From Candidatus Bathyarchaeum sp. (GTDB taxonomy: Archaea; Thermoproteota; Bathyarchaeia; Bathyarchaeales; Bathyarchaeaceae), in the NCBI GenBank assembly GCA_026014495.1, contig JAOZIF010000080.1:1-37590 (forward strand): a stretch of DNA of 37,590 nucleotides, written 5' to 3'. The notes under the pieces are model-generated. The model had not been told where the DNA came from. It ran no database searches and was given only the letters and a program-made list of their open reading frames with translations. Below are positions 7,057 through 17,423 of the stretch, piece by piece (positions within the stretch are counted from its first letter, which is position 1; the number at the start of each line of letters is the position of its first letter). A program made the translations under genes and the position numbers.

Positions 7057-8304
7057 ATGAACAAAAATATTGAAAAAAACCGCAGAATTGTGGTTAAATT
7101 CGGGGGTTCTAGCCTCGCAGACCACGAACGTATATTGAGGGCAGTTACGGCAGTTGCTGAAGAAGCAAAAAAGGGTACCCAAATCGCCGTTATTGTTTCG
7201 GCTATGGGAAAAACCACTGACACGCTCTTTAATGCAGCCAAAAACAGCTCTAATGGTAGGTTACATAAGAAAGATTTAGATGAGATTTTGGCGATGGGTG
7301 AACGAACCAGCATTAGAATTATCGCTGCTGCATTGAAGGCACAAGGCGTGAACTCATGGTACGTGGACCCACATGACCCTGAGTGGCCTATCATAACAGA
7401 CGACTCATTTTCTGATGCTAACCCAATCTTGGATATATGCTATGAACGGGCTGCAAAGAATGTACTTCCTATTGTTGAGAAAGGTGTCATTCCAGTGATT
7501 GCTGGTTTTGTTGGTAGAACCAAAACCAATCGTGTGACCACTTTGGGCCGGGGAGGAAGCGATACAACTGCCTTCATCTTAGCGAAGGCTTTAGAAGCAG
7601 ATGAGCTTATCCTAGTTACCGACGCTGAAGGAATAATGACTGCTGACCCCAAAGTGATAAATGCTCCTAAGCGGCTTGCAGAGATTGATGTGAATACTTT
7701 GGTTGGGTTAGCTGATTCGGGTACAAAGTTCATTCACAGAAAAGCATTGCGATACAAGGATGCATCTGTAAAAGTTAGGGTAATAAAGAACACTCATGGT
7801 AATCTAACTGCGGAGGGAACTATAATTAAAGGTGCTCTTTCAACAGACTTGGATGTGGAGTTGGCGAGTCCATCTCCTGCTTTGTCAATTACTGTTGTAG
7901 GTAAAGGAGTTTCTGCAAATCCTCAGGTTATAAAAGAGCTTGCGGAAACAGTGAAAGACCACGCAGAACTGCTGGGATTATCATTGAATTATGATTCTAT
8001 GATACTGTACGCCTCGGAGAACTCTAACTCCCAAATACTTCTAGAAAAGGTGCATGATGTAATCTTGAATCACGAGGAGACGCTGGCTATGTCTGTCAGA
8101 AAACAGTTAGCCTTCCTTAAAATCAAGGGCGTTGGCTTAGAAAAAACTCCGGGTCTCACAGGAAGAATATCCGAGGCTCTGAGATTAAATCGTATCAACA
8201 TTTTTGGACTCATGACAATCACTTCTAGCATTCTTCTCTTTGTAACATGGAACGAAAAAGAGAAAGCTCTAACATTAGTTAGAAACGCATTGAAAGGTGA
8301 CTAA
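7057..8304 (+). CDS. lysC: Aspartate kinase with C-terminal ACT domains
   Basis: VVKFGGSS, VIVSAMGKTTD, LAMGERTS, TLGRGGSDTTA, DAEGIMTADP motifs. Confidence 0.95.
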   Translation: MNKNIEKNRRIVVKFGGSSLADHERILRAVTAVAEEAKKGTQIAVIVSAMGKTTDTLFNAAKNSSNGRLHKKDLDEILAMGERTSIRIIAAALKAQGVNSWYVDPHDPEWPIITDDSFSDANPILDICYERAAKNVLPIVEKGVIPVIAGFVGRTKTNRVTTLGRGGSDTTAFILAKALEADELILVTDAEGIMTADPKVINAPKRLAEIDVNTLVGLADSGTKFIHRKALRYKDASVKVRVIKNTHGNLTAEGTIIKGALSTDLDVELASPSPALSITVVGKGVSANPQVIKELAETVKDHAELLGLSLNYDSMILYASENSNSQILLEKVHDVILNHEETLAMSVRKQLAFLKIKGVGLEKTPGLTGRISEALRLNRINIFGLMTITSSILLFVTWNEKEKALTLVRNALKGD

Positions 8305-9343
8305 AATGTTGAAAGCAGCGGTATTAGGTGCAACAGGCAATGTTGGACAAATATTTGTGCAACTGTTAGATGGGCACCCATGGTTTGAGGTTACAACTGT
8401 TGCAGCCTCAGAAAGAAGCACTGGAAGAACATACGGTGAAGCATCTCGATGGAGACAATCAACACCAGTTCCCGAATCTGTTGCATCCATGGACGTTGTA
8501 GACATCGACCCACGCGCAGTTAAGGATGTTGATATTGTCTTTTCGGCATTGCCATCTAATGTTGCAGGAAAGGTAGAGGAATCATTCGCTTCTGCCGGAT
8601 ACGTAATTGTTAGCAACGCATCTGCCCACCGAATGGACCCTGACGTTCCTATGTTGAATCCTGAGATAAACTGTAGTCACATTAGCCTCATTGAGGATCA
8701 ACGCAAACGAAGAAAATGGGACGGTGCTATTGTAACAAACCCAAACTGTAGCACAACAGTTCTAACCCTTCCACTGAAGCCTATATATGATGAGTTTGGG
8801 ATCAATAGCCTCATTGTTTCTACGATGCAGGCAATTTCAGGCGCTGGTTATCCCGGTGTAGCTTCCCTTGACATAGTGGATAATGTTATTCCCTTTATTG
8901 GCGGCGAAGAGGACAAGATGGAAACCGAAACCCAAAAGATTTTGGGCACTGCATCAAAGCCTGCAGACTTTAAGGTTTCATCTAGTTGTCATCGTGTTTC
9001 GACACTTGATGGTCACATGGAGGCAGTGTTCGTTGAGACAAAAAAGCAGGCGGAGCCCAATGCTGTAGCTGAGGCTATGGAAAACTTTGTTGGTGAACCC
9101 CAAAAGCTAAAACTTCCTTCTGCACCAGAAAAACCAGTTGTTGTTACGTGGGAGAATGACCGCCCACAAACACGATTGGATAGGATGGAGGGTAATGGTA
9201 TGAGCACTGTGGTGGGTAGACTACGCAAAGACCCTGTGTTGGGTGGGGTGAAATTTATTGCTCTGGGGCACAATACCATACGGGGAGCTGCTGGATGCGG
9301 CGTCCTTAATGCGGAGTACTTGAAAGTAAAAAAATTCATCTAA
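8297..9343 (+). CDS. asd: Aspartate-semialdehyde dehydrogenase, archaeal/fungal type
   Basis: VLGATGNVGQ, VFSALP, SNASAHRM, TNPNCST (catalytic Cys), STMQAISGAG, DGHME and HNTIRGAAG motifs. Confidence 0.96.
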   Translation: MTKMLKAAVLGATGNVGQIFVQLLDGHPWFEVTTVAASERSTGRTYGEASRWRQSTPVPESVASMDVVDIDPRAVKDVDIVFSALPSNVAGKVEESFASAGYVIVSNASAHRMDPDVPMLNPEINCSHISLIEDQRKRRKWDGAIVTNPNCSTTVLTLPLKPIYDEFGINSLIVSTMQAISGAGYPGVASLDIVDNVIPFIGGEEDKMETETQKILGTASKPADFKVSSSCHRVSTLDGHMEAVFVETKKQAEPNAVAEAMENFVGEPQKLKLPSAPEKPVVVTWENDRPQTRLDRMEGNGMSTVVGRLRKDPVLGGVKFIALGHNTIRGAAGCGVLNAEYLKVKKFI

Positions 9344-9349
9344 AGGAGA

Positions 9350-10144
9350 TTGAAACCTTTGGACTCGGGTAAAAAAAGACGACTAAACAAAATCTTCCAA
9401 AAAGACAACAGGACAGTGATTGTTCCGATGGACCATGGCGTAACAGTCGGTCCAATTAAGGGACTAGTAAACATGCAAAGCATCATAGACAAGCTGCTAG
9501 CTGGTGATGTTGATGCAGTTGTAGTCAACAGGGGAATAGCAAAGACTGTTGATGCTGGAAACGCTGGCTTGATTGTTCACTTGTCAGGCATTACTATGCA
9601 TTGTCCTGACCCAAACAACAAGGTGCAAGTTTGTTCTGTGGCTGATGCTGTCCGTTTGGGCGCAGACGCTGTTTCGGTGCACATTAACATTGGCGCTAAC
9701 GAGGAAGCACAGATGCTTTCAACGTTGGGTATGGTAGCTTGCGAATGCGACGATTATGGAATGCCCTTGTTGGCTATGATGTATCCCCGAGGACCAAGCA
9801 TCAAAGATTCTCATGCCGTGGATGTTGTTGCTCATGCAGCCCGTTTAGGAGCTGAGCTTGGAGCCGACATTATCAAAACAAACTACACTGGCGATGCCGA
9901 ATCATTCAAAGAAGTTGTAGACAGCTGTCCCGTTCCAGTTATTATCGCTGGTGGACCTAAAGCTGAAACCACACAGGACGTTTTGCAGATGGTGAAAGAC
10001 TCCATATCTGCTGGCGGAGCAGGGCTTTCTATTGGCAGAAATGTGTTTCAGCACAATGACCCCGCAAAGATGGTGAAGGCGCTCTCAGCTATTGTCCATG
10101 AGAATGCTACCGTCGCTGAAGCCATGAAGATTCTTGGTGAATAA
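9350..10144 (+). CDS. aroA': 2-amino-3,7-dideoxy-D-threo-hept-6-ulosonate (ADH) synthase, DhnA-type class I aldolase (MJ0400-like)
   Basis: VPMDHGVTVGP, LAMMYPRG, ELGADIIKTNYTG (Schiff-base Lys), IGRNVFQH; directly upstream of DHQ synthase II. Confidence 0.9.
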   Translation: MKPLDSGKKRRLNKIFQKDNRTVIVPMDHGVTVGPIKGLVNMQSIIDKLLAGDVDAVVVNRGIAKTVDAGNAGLIVHLSGITMHCPDPNNKVQVCSVADAVRLGADAVSVHINIGANEEAQMLSTLGMVACECDDYGMPLLAMMYPRGPSIKDSHAVDVVAHAARLGAELGADIIKTNYTGDAESFKEVVDSCPVPVIIAGGPKAETTQDVLQMVKDSISAGGAGLSIGRNVFQHNDPAKMVKALSAIVHENATVAEAMKILGE

Positions 10145-10145
10145 A

Positions 10146-11216
10146 ATGAAAGAACTTTGGCTTGAAATAGATGCTAATCTTCCCGAAAACCAGAAAACCA
10201 AACTGCTCAAGTCTGCGGCTCAGAGTTGTGATGTCTTGTTGGTTGATGGAACTGATGTAGCGAAAGCCAAAACTTTTGGAGTAAAAGTTGCCTCTACATC
10301 AGGTGACGCGGACATAACTGTTCTTTCTGTGTTAGATTCTGGAAAACTTAAAGCTTTAAAGACACAAGACAAAACCGTTGCCGTGAAAATAATTATCGAA
10401 GGCAAAAAAGATGAGCAAACTGCCATAGAGGCGGCTGAGCTCAACTGTGATTATGTTATTGTTGGCACTCCAGACTGGAAAATAATTCCATTAGAGAACC
10501 TAATCGCCAAGACACGCGGCAAAACCAAGTTGCTCGCAGAAGTGTCAAGTACAAAAGAGGCAAAAGTTGCATTGGAAACTTTGGAGCTTGGCTCAGATGG
10601 TGTAGTTCTAAAAACAGCTAGCCTCCAAGAACTCAAAGATACAGCAGAGTTCGCCAAGAAGGCGAATGTTGCTCTTGAATTGGTTGCTGTTGAGGTTGTT
10701 GAAGTAAAAGAGATTGGAACAGGCGCCCGAGCCTGCATTGATACTTGTGAGCTTATGAAGCCCGGAGAGGGCATCTTGTTGGGTTGCCAGTCTAGTGGAC
10801 TTTTTTTGGTTCAGGCTGAGGTTCATGAAAGCCCATACGTGGAAACACGTCCTTTTAGGGTGAATGCTGGTCCTTTATCGTTGTATGCTCTTACTTCTGC
10901 TGCTAGGACCAGATACTTGTCAGAATTAAAGTCTGGGGAAGAAGTTCTTGTTGTGGATCGAGCCGGTATTGTTCGTTTAACTAATGTTGCACGGGCTAAG
11001 ATTGAGTGGCGACCAATGCTTCTTATCGAGGCAGAATATGGCGGCAAAACGTTGAAGTTGATTGCCCAGAACGCCGAAACAATACGTGTTGTGACTCCCG
11101 AAGGCTCTAAAGCAGTAACTGACCTAAAGAAGGGCGACAAGATTATGGCTCGCGTTGAAGAAGGCGGCAGACACTTCGGAACACTAGTAAAAGAAGAAGC
11201 CGTGATAGAGCGTTGA
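10146..11216 (+). CDS. aroB': 3-dehydroquinate synthase II (MJ1249-like)
   Basis: WKIIPLENLIA, ALETLELGSDGV, RACIDTC, RPFRVNAG, RYLSELKSG, RVEEGGRHFG motifs. Confidence 0.95.
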   Translation: MKELWLEIDANLPENQKTKLLKSAAQSCDVLLVDGTDVAKAKTFGVKVASTSGDADITVLSVLDSGKLKALKTQDKTVAVKIIIEGKKDEQTAIEAAELNCDYVIVGTPDWKIIPLENLIAKTRGKTKLLAEVSSTKEAKVALETLELGSDGVVLKTASLQELKDTAEFAKKANVALELVAVEVVEVKEIGTGARACIDTCELMKPGEGILLGCQSSGLFLVQAEVHESPYVETRPFRVNAGPLSLYALTSAARTRYLSELKSGEEVLVVDRAGIVRLTNVARAKIEWRPMLLIEAEYGGKTLKLIAQNAETIRVVTPEGSKAVTDLKKGDKIMARVEEGGRHFGTLVKEEAVIER

Positions 11217-11896
11217 CAATAAGGGTCTGTGTTTCAGTTCCCCCAAAGACCGTTGATGAATGTTTTGAGCTAATAAAAAAAGCTGAGGCTCACAACGCAG
11301 ACCTAATAGAAGTAAGACTAGACAGCCTCAACAACTATGAACGTATCGCAGACATCCCAGCATGCAGCAAGACGCCCCTTATAGCAACAAACAAATCAGT
11401 AGAACAGCATGGCGGTTTTTCTGGAACTGAAACTGAGCGCCAAAAAATTTTGGTTACCGCCGCAAAAAGCGGATTTGCATACGTGGATGTACACTTGGGT
11501 GTACCAAAACAAAAACAGTTAATCATTACTCTAAAGAAAGCTGGAGCAAAAGTCATTGTTTCATTTCATGATTTTGAGCAAACCCCTCCTATAGCCAAAC
11601 TTAACAATGTTTTAGATGAGGAGCTTGCTTTGGGTGCTGATGTCTGCAAGATAATAACCACAGCAAACAGTGTGAAAGATAACCTGACAACCTTACATTT
11701 TGTTTCCGAGGCTTCCAAGAAAGCCAAACTGGTCTGTTTTGCTATGGGTGACCTTGGCGGGCATTCTAGGTTGGTGTCTCCTGTTTTTGGTGCATTTTTT
11801 ACTTTTGCTTGTCTTGACGAAAAAAGAAAAACTGCAAAAGGACAATTAACAATACAAGAAATGAAGCTTGCATACGAGACATTGGGGCTAAAATAA
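11213..11896 (+). CDS. aroD: Type I 3-dehydroquinate dehydratase
   Basis: ADLIEVRLD, VIVSFHDFEQTP, GADVCKI and FAMGDLG..SRL motifs. Confidence 0.93.
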   Translation: MTIRVCVSVPPKTVDECFELIKKAEAHNADLIEVRLDSLNNYERIADIPACSKTPLIATNKSVEQHGGFSGTETERQKILVTAAKSGFAYVDVHLGVPKQKQLIITLKKAGAKVIVSFHDFEQTPPIAKLNNVLDEELALGADVCKIITTANSVKDNLTTLHFVSEASKKAKLVCFAMGDLGGHSRLVSPVFGAFFTFACLDEKRKTAKGQLTIQEMKLAYETLGLK

Positions 11897-12762
11897 TGGT
11901 GATTTCAGCAAAAACTAAGGTTTGTGCCATCATCGGCGACCCTGTAGAGCATTCTCTAAGTCCAGTAATGCACAACGCTGCCTTCAAGGAACTGGGCCTA
12001 AACCTTGTTTACGTTGCTTTCACAGTAACATCCACAGAATTGAAGACCGCAGTTTTGGGCACAAAAACTTTGGGTCTTAAAGGGTTGAATGTTACAATGC
12101 CCCACAAAAACGCTGTTATCAACTACCTAGATGAGGTGGACACGACAGCAAAAAACATTGGTGCAGTAAACACCATCCTGAATAATCAAGGAAAGCTGAT
12201 TGGTTACAACACAGACGGCGCTGGTGCCATGGTTGCCCTACAAGAAAACGGCGTATACCCTGAAGAGAAAAAAATGCTTCTCATCGGGGCAGGTGGCGCA
12301 GCAAAAGCCATAGCCTATCAGGCAGCCCAAGATGTGGATGAGCTTGTTATCCTAAACAGAACTGCAAAGAAGGCAAAACAATTAGCACAAATGCTACAGA
12401 GTTGTGACGCAAAAGTAACAGGAACAGCATTATCGTCTAACGTTCTGAAGGATGAGTTGTCAACTACAGACATTCTAGTTAACGCCACCTCTGTGGGTAT
12501 GCATCCAAGCATTGACTGCAGTCCAGTTCCATCAGATTTACTGCGTTCTGACTTGTGTGTTATGGACATAATCTACAACCCCCTCAAAACAAGGCTCCTA
12601 AAAGATGCACAATCTGCAGGCGCCACGGTTGTTTCTGGGCTTGAGATGCTTATATATCAGGGCGCTGTTGCGATTGAAATCTGGACTAACTGCCCTGCCC
12701 CCGTTGCGGTTATGCGAACGGCAGCATTAAATCAACTGAAGAAACAGGGTGTTCAATGTTGA
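11896..12762 (+). CDS. aroE: Shikimate dehydrogenase
   Basis: IGDPVEHSLSPVMHN, GLNVTMPHK, GAVNT, GYNTDG, GAGGAA, VNATSVGM, DIIYNP and MLIYQG motifs. Confidence 0.97.
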   Translation: MVISAKTKVCAIIGDPVEHSLSPVMHNAAFKELGLNLVYVAFTVTSTELKTAVLGTKTLGLKGLNVTMPHKNAVINYLDEVDTTAKNIGAVNTILNNQGKLIGYNTDGAGAMVALQENGVYPEEKKMLLIGAGGAAKAIAYQAAQDVDELVILNRTAKKAKQLAQMLQSCDAKVTGTALSSNVLKDELSTTDILVNATSVGMHPSIDCSPVPSDLLRSDLCVMDIIYNPLKTRLLKDAQSAGATVVSGLEMLIYQGAVAIEIWTNCPAPVAVMRTAALNQLKKQGVQC

Positions 12763-13631
12763 CTGGAAAAGCTGAAGCAGTATCTCATGGTGCAGCCACG
12801 ATAATTAATGCAATAGCAACTGGAAATGGAGCAGCCGTGGGTGTTGACCTGTGGACAAAAGCTGCTGTAGCCCTCACAGACGAAGTTAGTCACGTAGATG
12901 TTGTTATCCGTTCTGATTCTTCAGAGAATCCTGCTCTGGCACAGAAAACTGTTGAGCGCGTCCTAGGGCATTTTGGTTTAGAAAAAGAGTTTGGAGCCAA
13001 AGTCGAAACAACATCAACCATTCCTGTAGCAAAAGGAATGAAAAGCAGCAGCGCAGCGGCAAACGCCATAGCTTTGGCAACCACAACTGCTCTAAACCGT
13101 AGCTTGGATGATGTTACAGTGGTTAAGCTTGGGGTTGACGCTGCTTTAGACGCAAAAGTTACGATTACTGGTGCCTTTGATGATGCATGTGCCTCATATT
13201 TTGGTGGTGTTGTAATCACAGACAACACTGAACGAAAAATCGTTAAACGTTTCGAGTTGACTGAAACTCCTGCAGTTCTGTTTTATGTTCCACCCAAGAA
13301 AGCCTACACTGTGGGTTCAGATGTGAAACGAATGAAAGCTATGGCTGACGCAGTCAGTATCGTTTACAACCAAGCCTTGGATGGCAACTACTGGGCAGCG
13401 CTAACCTTGAATGGATTGATTTTCTCTTCAGCATTAGGCTACGACCCATCCCCCGCCGCAGATGCCATAACTGCAGGAGCGGTTGCATCTGGTTTATCTG
13501 GGACTGGACCTGCAGTCTGTGCTATTGTTGCTGACGAAAAAGTAGACGCTGTGAAGAATGTTTGGCAAAAGCGTGAAGGCGAAATCTTGGAGGCACGTGT
13601 TAATCTGGAAAAAGCTAGGGTGGTATGCTAA
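12756..13631 (+). CDS. aroK: Archaeal GHMP-family shikimate kinase
   Basis: GAATIINAIATG, IPVAKGMKSSSAA, TGAFDDA and GLSGTGP motifs. Confidence 0.95.
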   Translation: MLTGKAEAVSHGAATIINAIATGNGAAVGVDLWTKAAVALTDEVSHVDVVIRSDSSENPALAQKTVERVLGHFGLEKEFGAKVETTSTIPVAKGMKSSSAAANAIALATTTALNRSLDDVTVVKLGVDAALDAKVTITGAFDDACASYFGGVVITDNTERKIVKRFELTETPAVLFYVPPKKAYTVGSDVKRMKAMADAVSIVYNQALDGNYWAALTLNGLIFSSALGYDPSPAADAITAGAVASGLSGTGPAVCAIVADEKVDAVKNVWQKREGEILEARVNLEKARVVC

Positions 13632-13634
13632 CTA

Positions 13635-14912
13635 ATGGATGTAACAGTCGGGAACACAAAACATTTGGCGGGTGTGGTCTCGGCTCCTCCATCAAAGGCG
13701 TACACGCATCGTATGCTTATTGCCTCTTTGCTGTCTGATGGTACATCAAAAATCTTCAATCCACTAATATCAGACGACACAAAAGCTACCCTTGAAGCAG
13801 TGAAGGCGCTTGGAGCAAAAACAGAATTAAATGAAAACTGCTGGACAGTCCATGGACAACAAACACTCAAAACCCCAGATCATCCTATAAACTGCAAAGA
13901 GTCTGGGTCAACTCTTAGGTTTATGATTCCAGTTGCTGCCCTTGCACCAAAATCATCATTGTTGCTTTTTGATGCGCCATTTAAGCGCAGACCTATAGAG
14001 CCCCTTCTTGAAAGCCTCAAACAAGTTGGCGTAGAATCTAGTGTCCAAAGTGATGGCTCATCAGTTTTGGTTCATGGGGGCGGAATCTGTGGCGGAAAAA
14101 CTTCGATAAGAGGCGACGTAAGCTCCCAGTTCATTTCTGGGCTCCTGTTTGCTTGTCCAAAAGCAAAAGAAGACACTGAAATTTCTGTCACTACCCCGTT
14201 GGAGTCTAGGGGCTACGTTGAGATGACCCTTGAAGTGCTGGTTGAACACGGCATCGAAGGCTCCGTTAATCATGATCTTTCAAAGCTAGGAATATCTGCA
14301 AACCAAGCGTATACTCCATGTGACCACACTGTTCCGGGAGATTTTTCATCTGCTGCTTTTCTTTTGGCATCCGCAGCAGTAACTTCATCAAAAGTGACCG
14401 TGAAGAATCTGGATTACACTACATGTCAGGGCGACAAGTCAATACTGGGCATACTTCAGGAGATGGGTGCAACAGTCAAGGTTGGAGATGACTCTGTGAT
14501 GCTTGAAGGGGGAGAACTTTTTGGTGTTGATATTGATGCGAAGGATATTCCAGATTTGGTTCCTGTTTGTGCTGTTCTTGCGTGTTATGCTAGTGACCGT
14601 TCGGAGATATATAATGCGAAGCGTCTTAGATACAAGGAATCAGATCGTCTTGATTCTGTAAGCACGGAACTGAAGAAGATGGGCGCTGACATCATAGTGA
14701 ATGAGGACGGTTTAACCATAAACGGTGGCGGTCAATTACGTGGAACAACTATCAATCCACACAATGACCACCGTATTGCAATGGCATGTGCTGTTGCGGC
14801 TCTTGGAGCTAAGGGAGAAACTAAAATTCAGGATGTTGAATGTATAAATAAGTCGTATCCACAGTTCTTTAGTGACCTGCGTGCGTTAGGAGCGGATGTT
14901 GTTGGGATCTAA
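13635..14912 (+). CDS. aroA: 3-phosphoshikimate 1-carboxyvinyltransferase (EPSP synthase)
   Basis: PPSKAYTHR, ESGSTLRF, SSQFISGLL, GDFSSAAF, RYKESDR, DHRIAM and KSYPQF motifs. Confidence 0.97.
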   Translation: MDVTVGNTKHLAGVVSAPPSKAYTHRMLIASLLSDGTSKIFNPLISDDTKATLEAVKALGAKTELNENCWTVHGQQTLKTPDHPINCKESGSTLRFMIPVAALAPKSSLLLFDAPFKRRPIEPLLESLKQVGVESSVQSDGSSVLVHGGGICGGKTSIRGDVSSQFISGLLFACPKAKEDTEISVTTPLESRGYVEMTLEVLVEHGIEGSVNHDLSKLGISANQAYTPCDHTVPGDFSSAAFLLASAAVTSSKVTVKNLDYTTCQGDKSILGILQEMGATVKVGDDSVMLEGGELFGVDIDAKDIPDLVPVCAVLACYASDRSEIYNAKRLRYKESDRLDSVSTELKKMGADIIVNEDGLTINGGGQLRGTTINPHNDHRIAMACAVAALGAKGETKIQDVECINKSYPQFFSDLRALGADVVGI

Positions 14913-16041
14913 CTCTATAGGAAAAGAATTTGTTGTAACCTGTTTCGGTGAAAGCCACGGCAGATGCGTCGGAGCAGTAATAGATGGTTGTCCAGCAGGG
15001 CTTCCCCTCGCGGTAGATGACATCCAAAAGGAATTGGACAAACGGTTACCAAAAAAAGAGGAGATTGTTTCTGCCAGACGCGAAGAAGATGCTGTTGAGC
15101 TTCTTTCTGGAACATATGAGGGATTCACAACTGGGGCTCCAATCTGTGTTTTGGTTTGGAACAAGGAAGTTATTTCTGACGATTACGATGCAATACGACA
15201 CACTCCTAGACCCGGACATGCAGACTATCCTGCCAGAATCAAGTATTTGGGCTTTAATGATAATCGGGGTGGGGGAAGATTCTCTGGTAGACTTACTGCA
15301 GCTTTTGTTATGGCTGGTGCGGTAGCCAAGAAGTTGCTGCAACTTGCAGGAATGGAAGTTCTTGCTTATGCTACTGAGATTGGATGTGTAAAAATGCGGG
15401 CAGCACCGTCTCTTGAGGATGTTAAGGAAAAGACTTACGAAAGCTCTGTTAGGTGCCCAGACTTGGCGGTGGCACAGAAGATGGAAGAAGCTATTTTGAA
15501 AGCCAAAAGCGAAGGCGACAGCGTAGGCGGAATAGTTGAATGTGTTGCCTTGAATGTTTTGCCGGGGGTTGGTGAGCCACTTTTTGATTCGCTGGATGCT
15601 GAGCTTGCAAAGATTCTTTTCAGTGTTCCCGCAGTTAAAGGTGTAGAATTTGGCGTTGGATTTGAAGCTGCGCGGCTTAAGGGTTCACAAAATAACGATT
15701 CCTATACGATGAGAGATGGAGAAGTCGAAGCAATAACAAATAATGCTGGCGGCGTTTTGGGCGGTTTATCGTCTGGACTGCCAATTGTAGTTAGGGTTGC
15801 TGTGAAGCCGACACCATCTATAGCCAAGGAACAAAAGACAGTGGATTTGCTGGAGATGAAAGATACAACAGTTCAAGTTAAAGGCAGGCATGATGCGTGT
15901 ATTGTGCCAAAGGCTGTTCCTGTTGTTGAATCTTCTGTTGCCATTATCTTGGTTGATCAGCTACTTCGTGCAGGATTGATGCCTAAAGTTTTGGGAGTTG
16001 AGGCTGTTGGAGAATCTAGTGACGCTACGGAAGAAAATTGA
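14896..16041 (+). CDS. aroC: Chorismate synthase
   Basis: FGESHG, RPGHAD, RGGGRFSGR, NNAGGVLGGLSSG, KPTPSI and GRHDAC motifs. Confidence 0.97.
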   Translation: MLLGSNSIGKEFVVTCFGESHGRCVGAVIDGCPAGLPLAVDDIQKELDKRLPKKEEIVSARREEDAVELLSGTYEGFTTGAPICVLVWNKEVISDDYDAIRHTPRPGHADYPARIKYLGFNDNRGGGRFSGRLTAAFVMAGAVAKKLLQLAGMEVLAYATEIGCVKMRAAPSLEDVKEKTYESSVRCPDLAVAQKMEEAILKAKSEGDSVGGIVECVALNVLPGVGEPLFDSLDAELAKILFSVPAVKGVEFGVGFEAARLKGSQNNDSYTMRDGEVEAITNNAGGVLGGLSSGLPIVVRVAVKPTPSIAKEQKTVDLLEMKDTTVQVKGRHDACIVPKAVPVVESSVAIILVDQLLRAGLMPKVLGVEAVGESSDATEEN

Positions 16042-16273
16042 TTCTGTTGATGAAAAGATTGTCCTTCTGTTGAAGGAAAGAATGGACCTGTGCAAAAGCA
16101 TAGGGGCGTTCAAATTAAAAAATGGTTTACCTGTTAAGGATCATCGTAGAGAAGATGAAGTTTACTTGCATGTTATGGCAAAAGCGCTGGAATCTGGTCT
16201 TAATCCTCAAAAAGTTGAGGCTATCTTCAAAGACATAATTGCTTTGAGCGTTTTTGTTCAGGGTGCTGAATAA
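16007..16273 (+). CDS. Monofunctional chorismate mutase, AroQ type
   Basis: LRKKIDSVDEKIVLLLKERMDL...IGAFK...V.DHRRE. TTG at 16007 follows GAGG; the ORF track starts at 15998. Confidence 0.9.
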   Translation: MENLVTLRKKIDSVDEKIVLLLKERMDLCKSIGAFKLKNGLPVKDHRREDEVYLHVMAKALESGLNPQKVEAIFKDIIALSVFVQGAE

Positions 16274-16349
16274 GAAGGTTTAAAGAGGTATTGCACAATC
16301 CTTCAGTAAAAAACAGTCAGTTCTATGTCCCTTCGGAAGGTGAAGAATA

Positions 16350-17423
16350 ATGCTGTATGAAATAAGCGAAAAAGCAATACAACTTCAGAATCAGGGAAAA
16401 GAGATTATTAAATTCAATCTAGGAGACCCTGACCTGCCAACACCACCTGCAATTGTTGAAGCAGCGTACGAGGCTATGAAGCAGGGGAAGACTAAGTATT
16501 CTTCTGCTGCTGGTGAGAAGGCGCTGCGGGAAGAGTTGGCAGTGATTCATGGGGTGTCAGCAGATAATGTTGTGGTGACAACGGGTTCGAAGTGGGCAGT
16601 TTTTTCCTCATTGTTCTTGTTGTTGAAACGGGGAGAGAATGTGGTTGTTCCGTCTCCTCACTGGACCAGCTATGAGTTAGCCGCAAAGAAGCTTGGAGTT
16701 GAAACAAGGTTTTTGAAAAGTGACCTTGGGTCTAACTGGAAGGTTGACCCTGAAAAGCTTGAGGCTCTAATTGATGACAATACACGCCTGATAATACTGA
16801 ACAGCCCAAACAATCCAACAAGCAAGGTTATTGATTCCAAAACGTTTGCTGAGATTGTTCAAATTGCCCAAAGCAAAGGCGTTACTGTTTTGTCAGATGA
16901 AGTTTACTCGGACATAAGCTTCGTTAAAGCTGACTCTATATTGGATTATGGGAAATCCAATATTTTGGTGAGCGGTTTTTCAAAAGCATTTTTGATGACT
17001 GGATGGAGAATTGGATATGTTGTTGTTGAAAAAGAACTGGCTAAACGGATGATTAAACTAAATCAAATAACCACAACATGTGTTCCAGCTTTTATCCAGT
17101 ACGGCGCCTTGAAAGGCTTGGAGACTAGAAAACAGATCGCAGATGACATACGAAGAACGTTTAAATTGCGGGCGGATGCTGCCTACTCTGTTCTTTCAAA
17201 GTCGAAGATGCAGTTTTCGCGTCCTGATGCGCCCTTTTATTTGTTTCCCAAAGTTGACGGCTTGGATTCTGAACGTTTTGCTTTGGACCTGCTGGATCGT
17301 GGTGTTGCTGTGGCTCCTGGAACTGCGTTTGGAGATTACCGTGAATACTTTAGGATAGCCTTAACTGTTGGCGAGGACAAAATTAAAGAGGGCTTGGAGA
17401 AGCTCTGTGAGGCTCTACCTTGA
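16350..17423 (+). CDS. PLP-dependent class I/II aminotransferase, probably aromatic amino-acid aminotransferase
   Basis: GDPD, LNSPNNPT, SDEVYS, FSKAFLMTGWRIGY motifs; lies between chorismate mutase and tyrA. Confidence 0.88.
   Translation: MLYEISEKAIQLQNQGKEIIKFNLGDPDLPTPPAIVEAAYEAMKQGKTKYSSAAGEKALREELAVIHGVSADNVVVTTGSKWAVFSSLFLLLKRGENVVVPSPHWTSYELAAKKLGVETRFLKSDLGSNWKVDPEKLEALIDDNTRLIILNSPNNPTSKVIDSKTFAEIVQIAQSKGVTVLSDEVYSDISFVKADSILDYGKSNILVSGFSKAFLMTGWRIGYVVVEKELAKRMIKLNQITTTCVPAFIQYGALKGLETRKQIADDIRRTFKLRADAAYSVLSKSKMQFSRPDAPFYLFPKVDGLDSERFALDLLDRGVAVAPGTAFGDYREYFRIALTVGEDKIKEGLEKLCEALP

Noticed and set aside
9350-10144. Annotation as glycolytic class I fructose-bisphosphate aldolase
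   Set aside because: Same family, but its position next to DHQ synthase II inside the aro operon favours ADH synthase. A side activity cannot be excluded.
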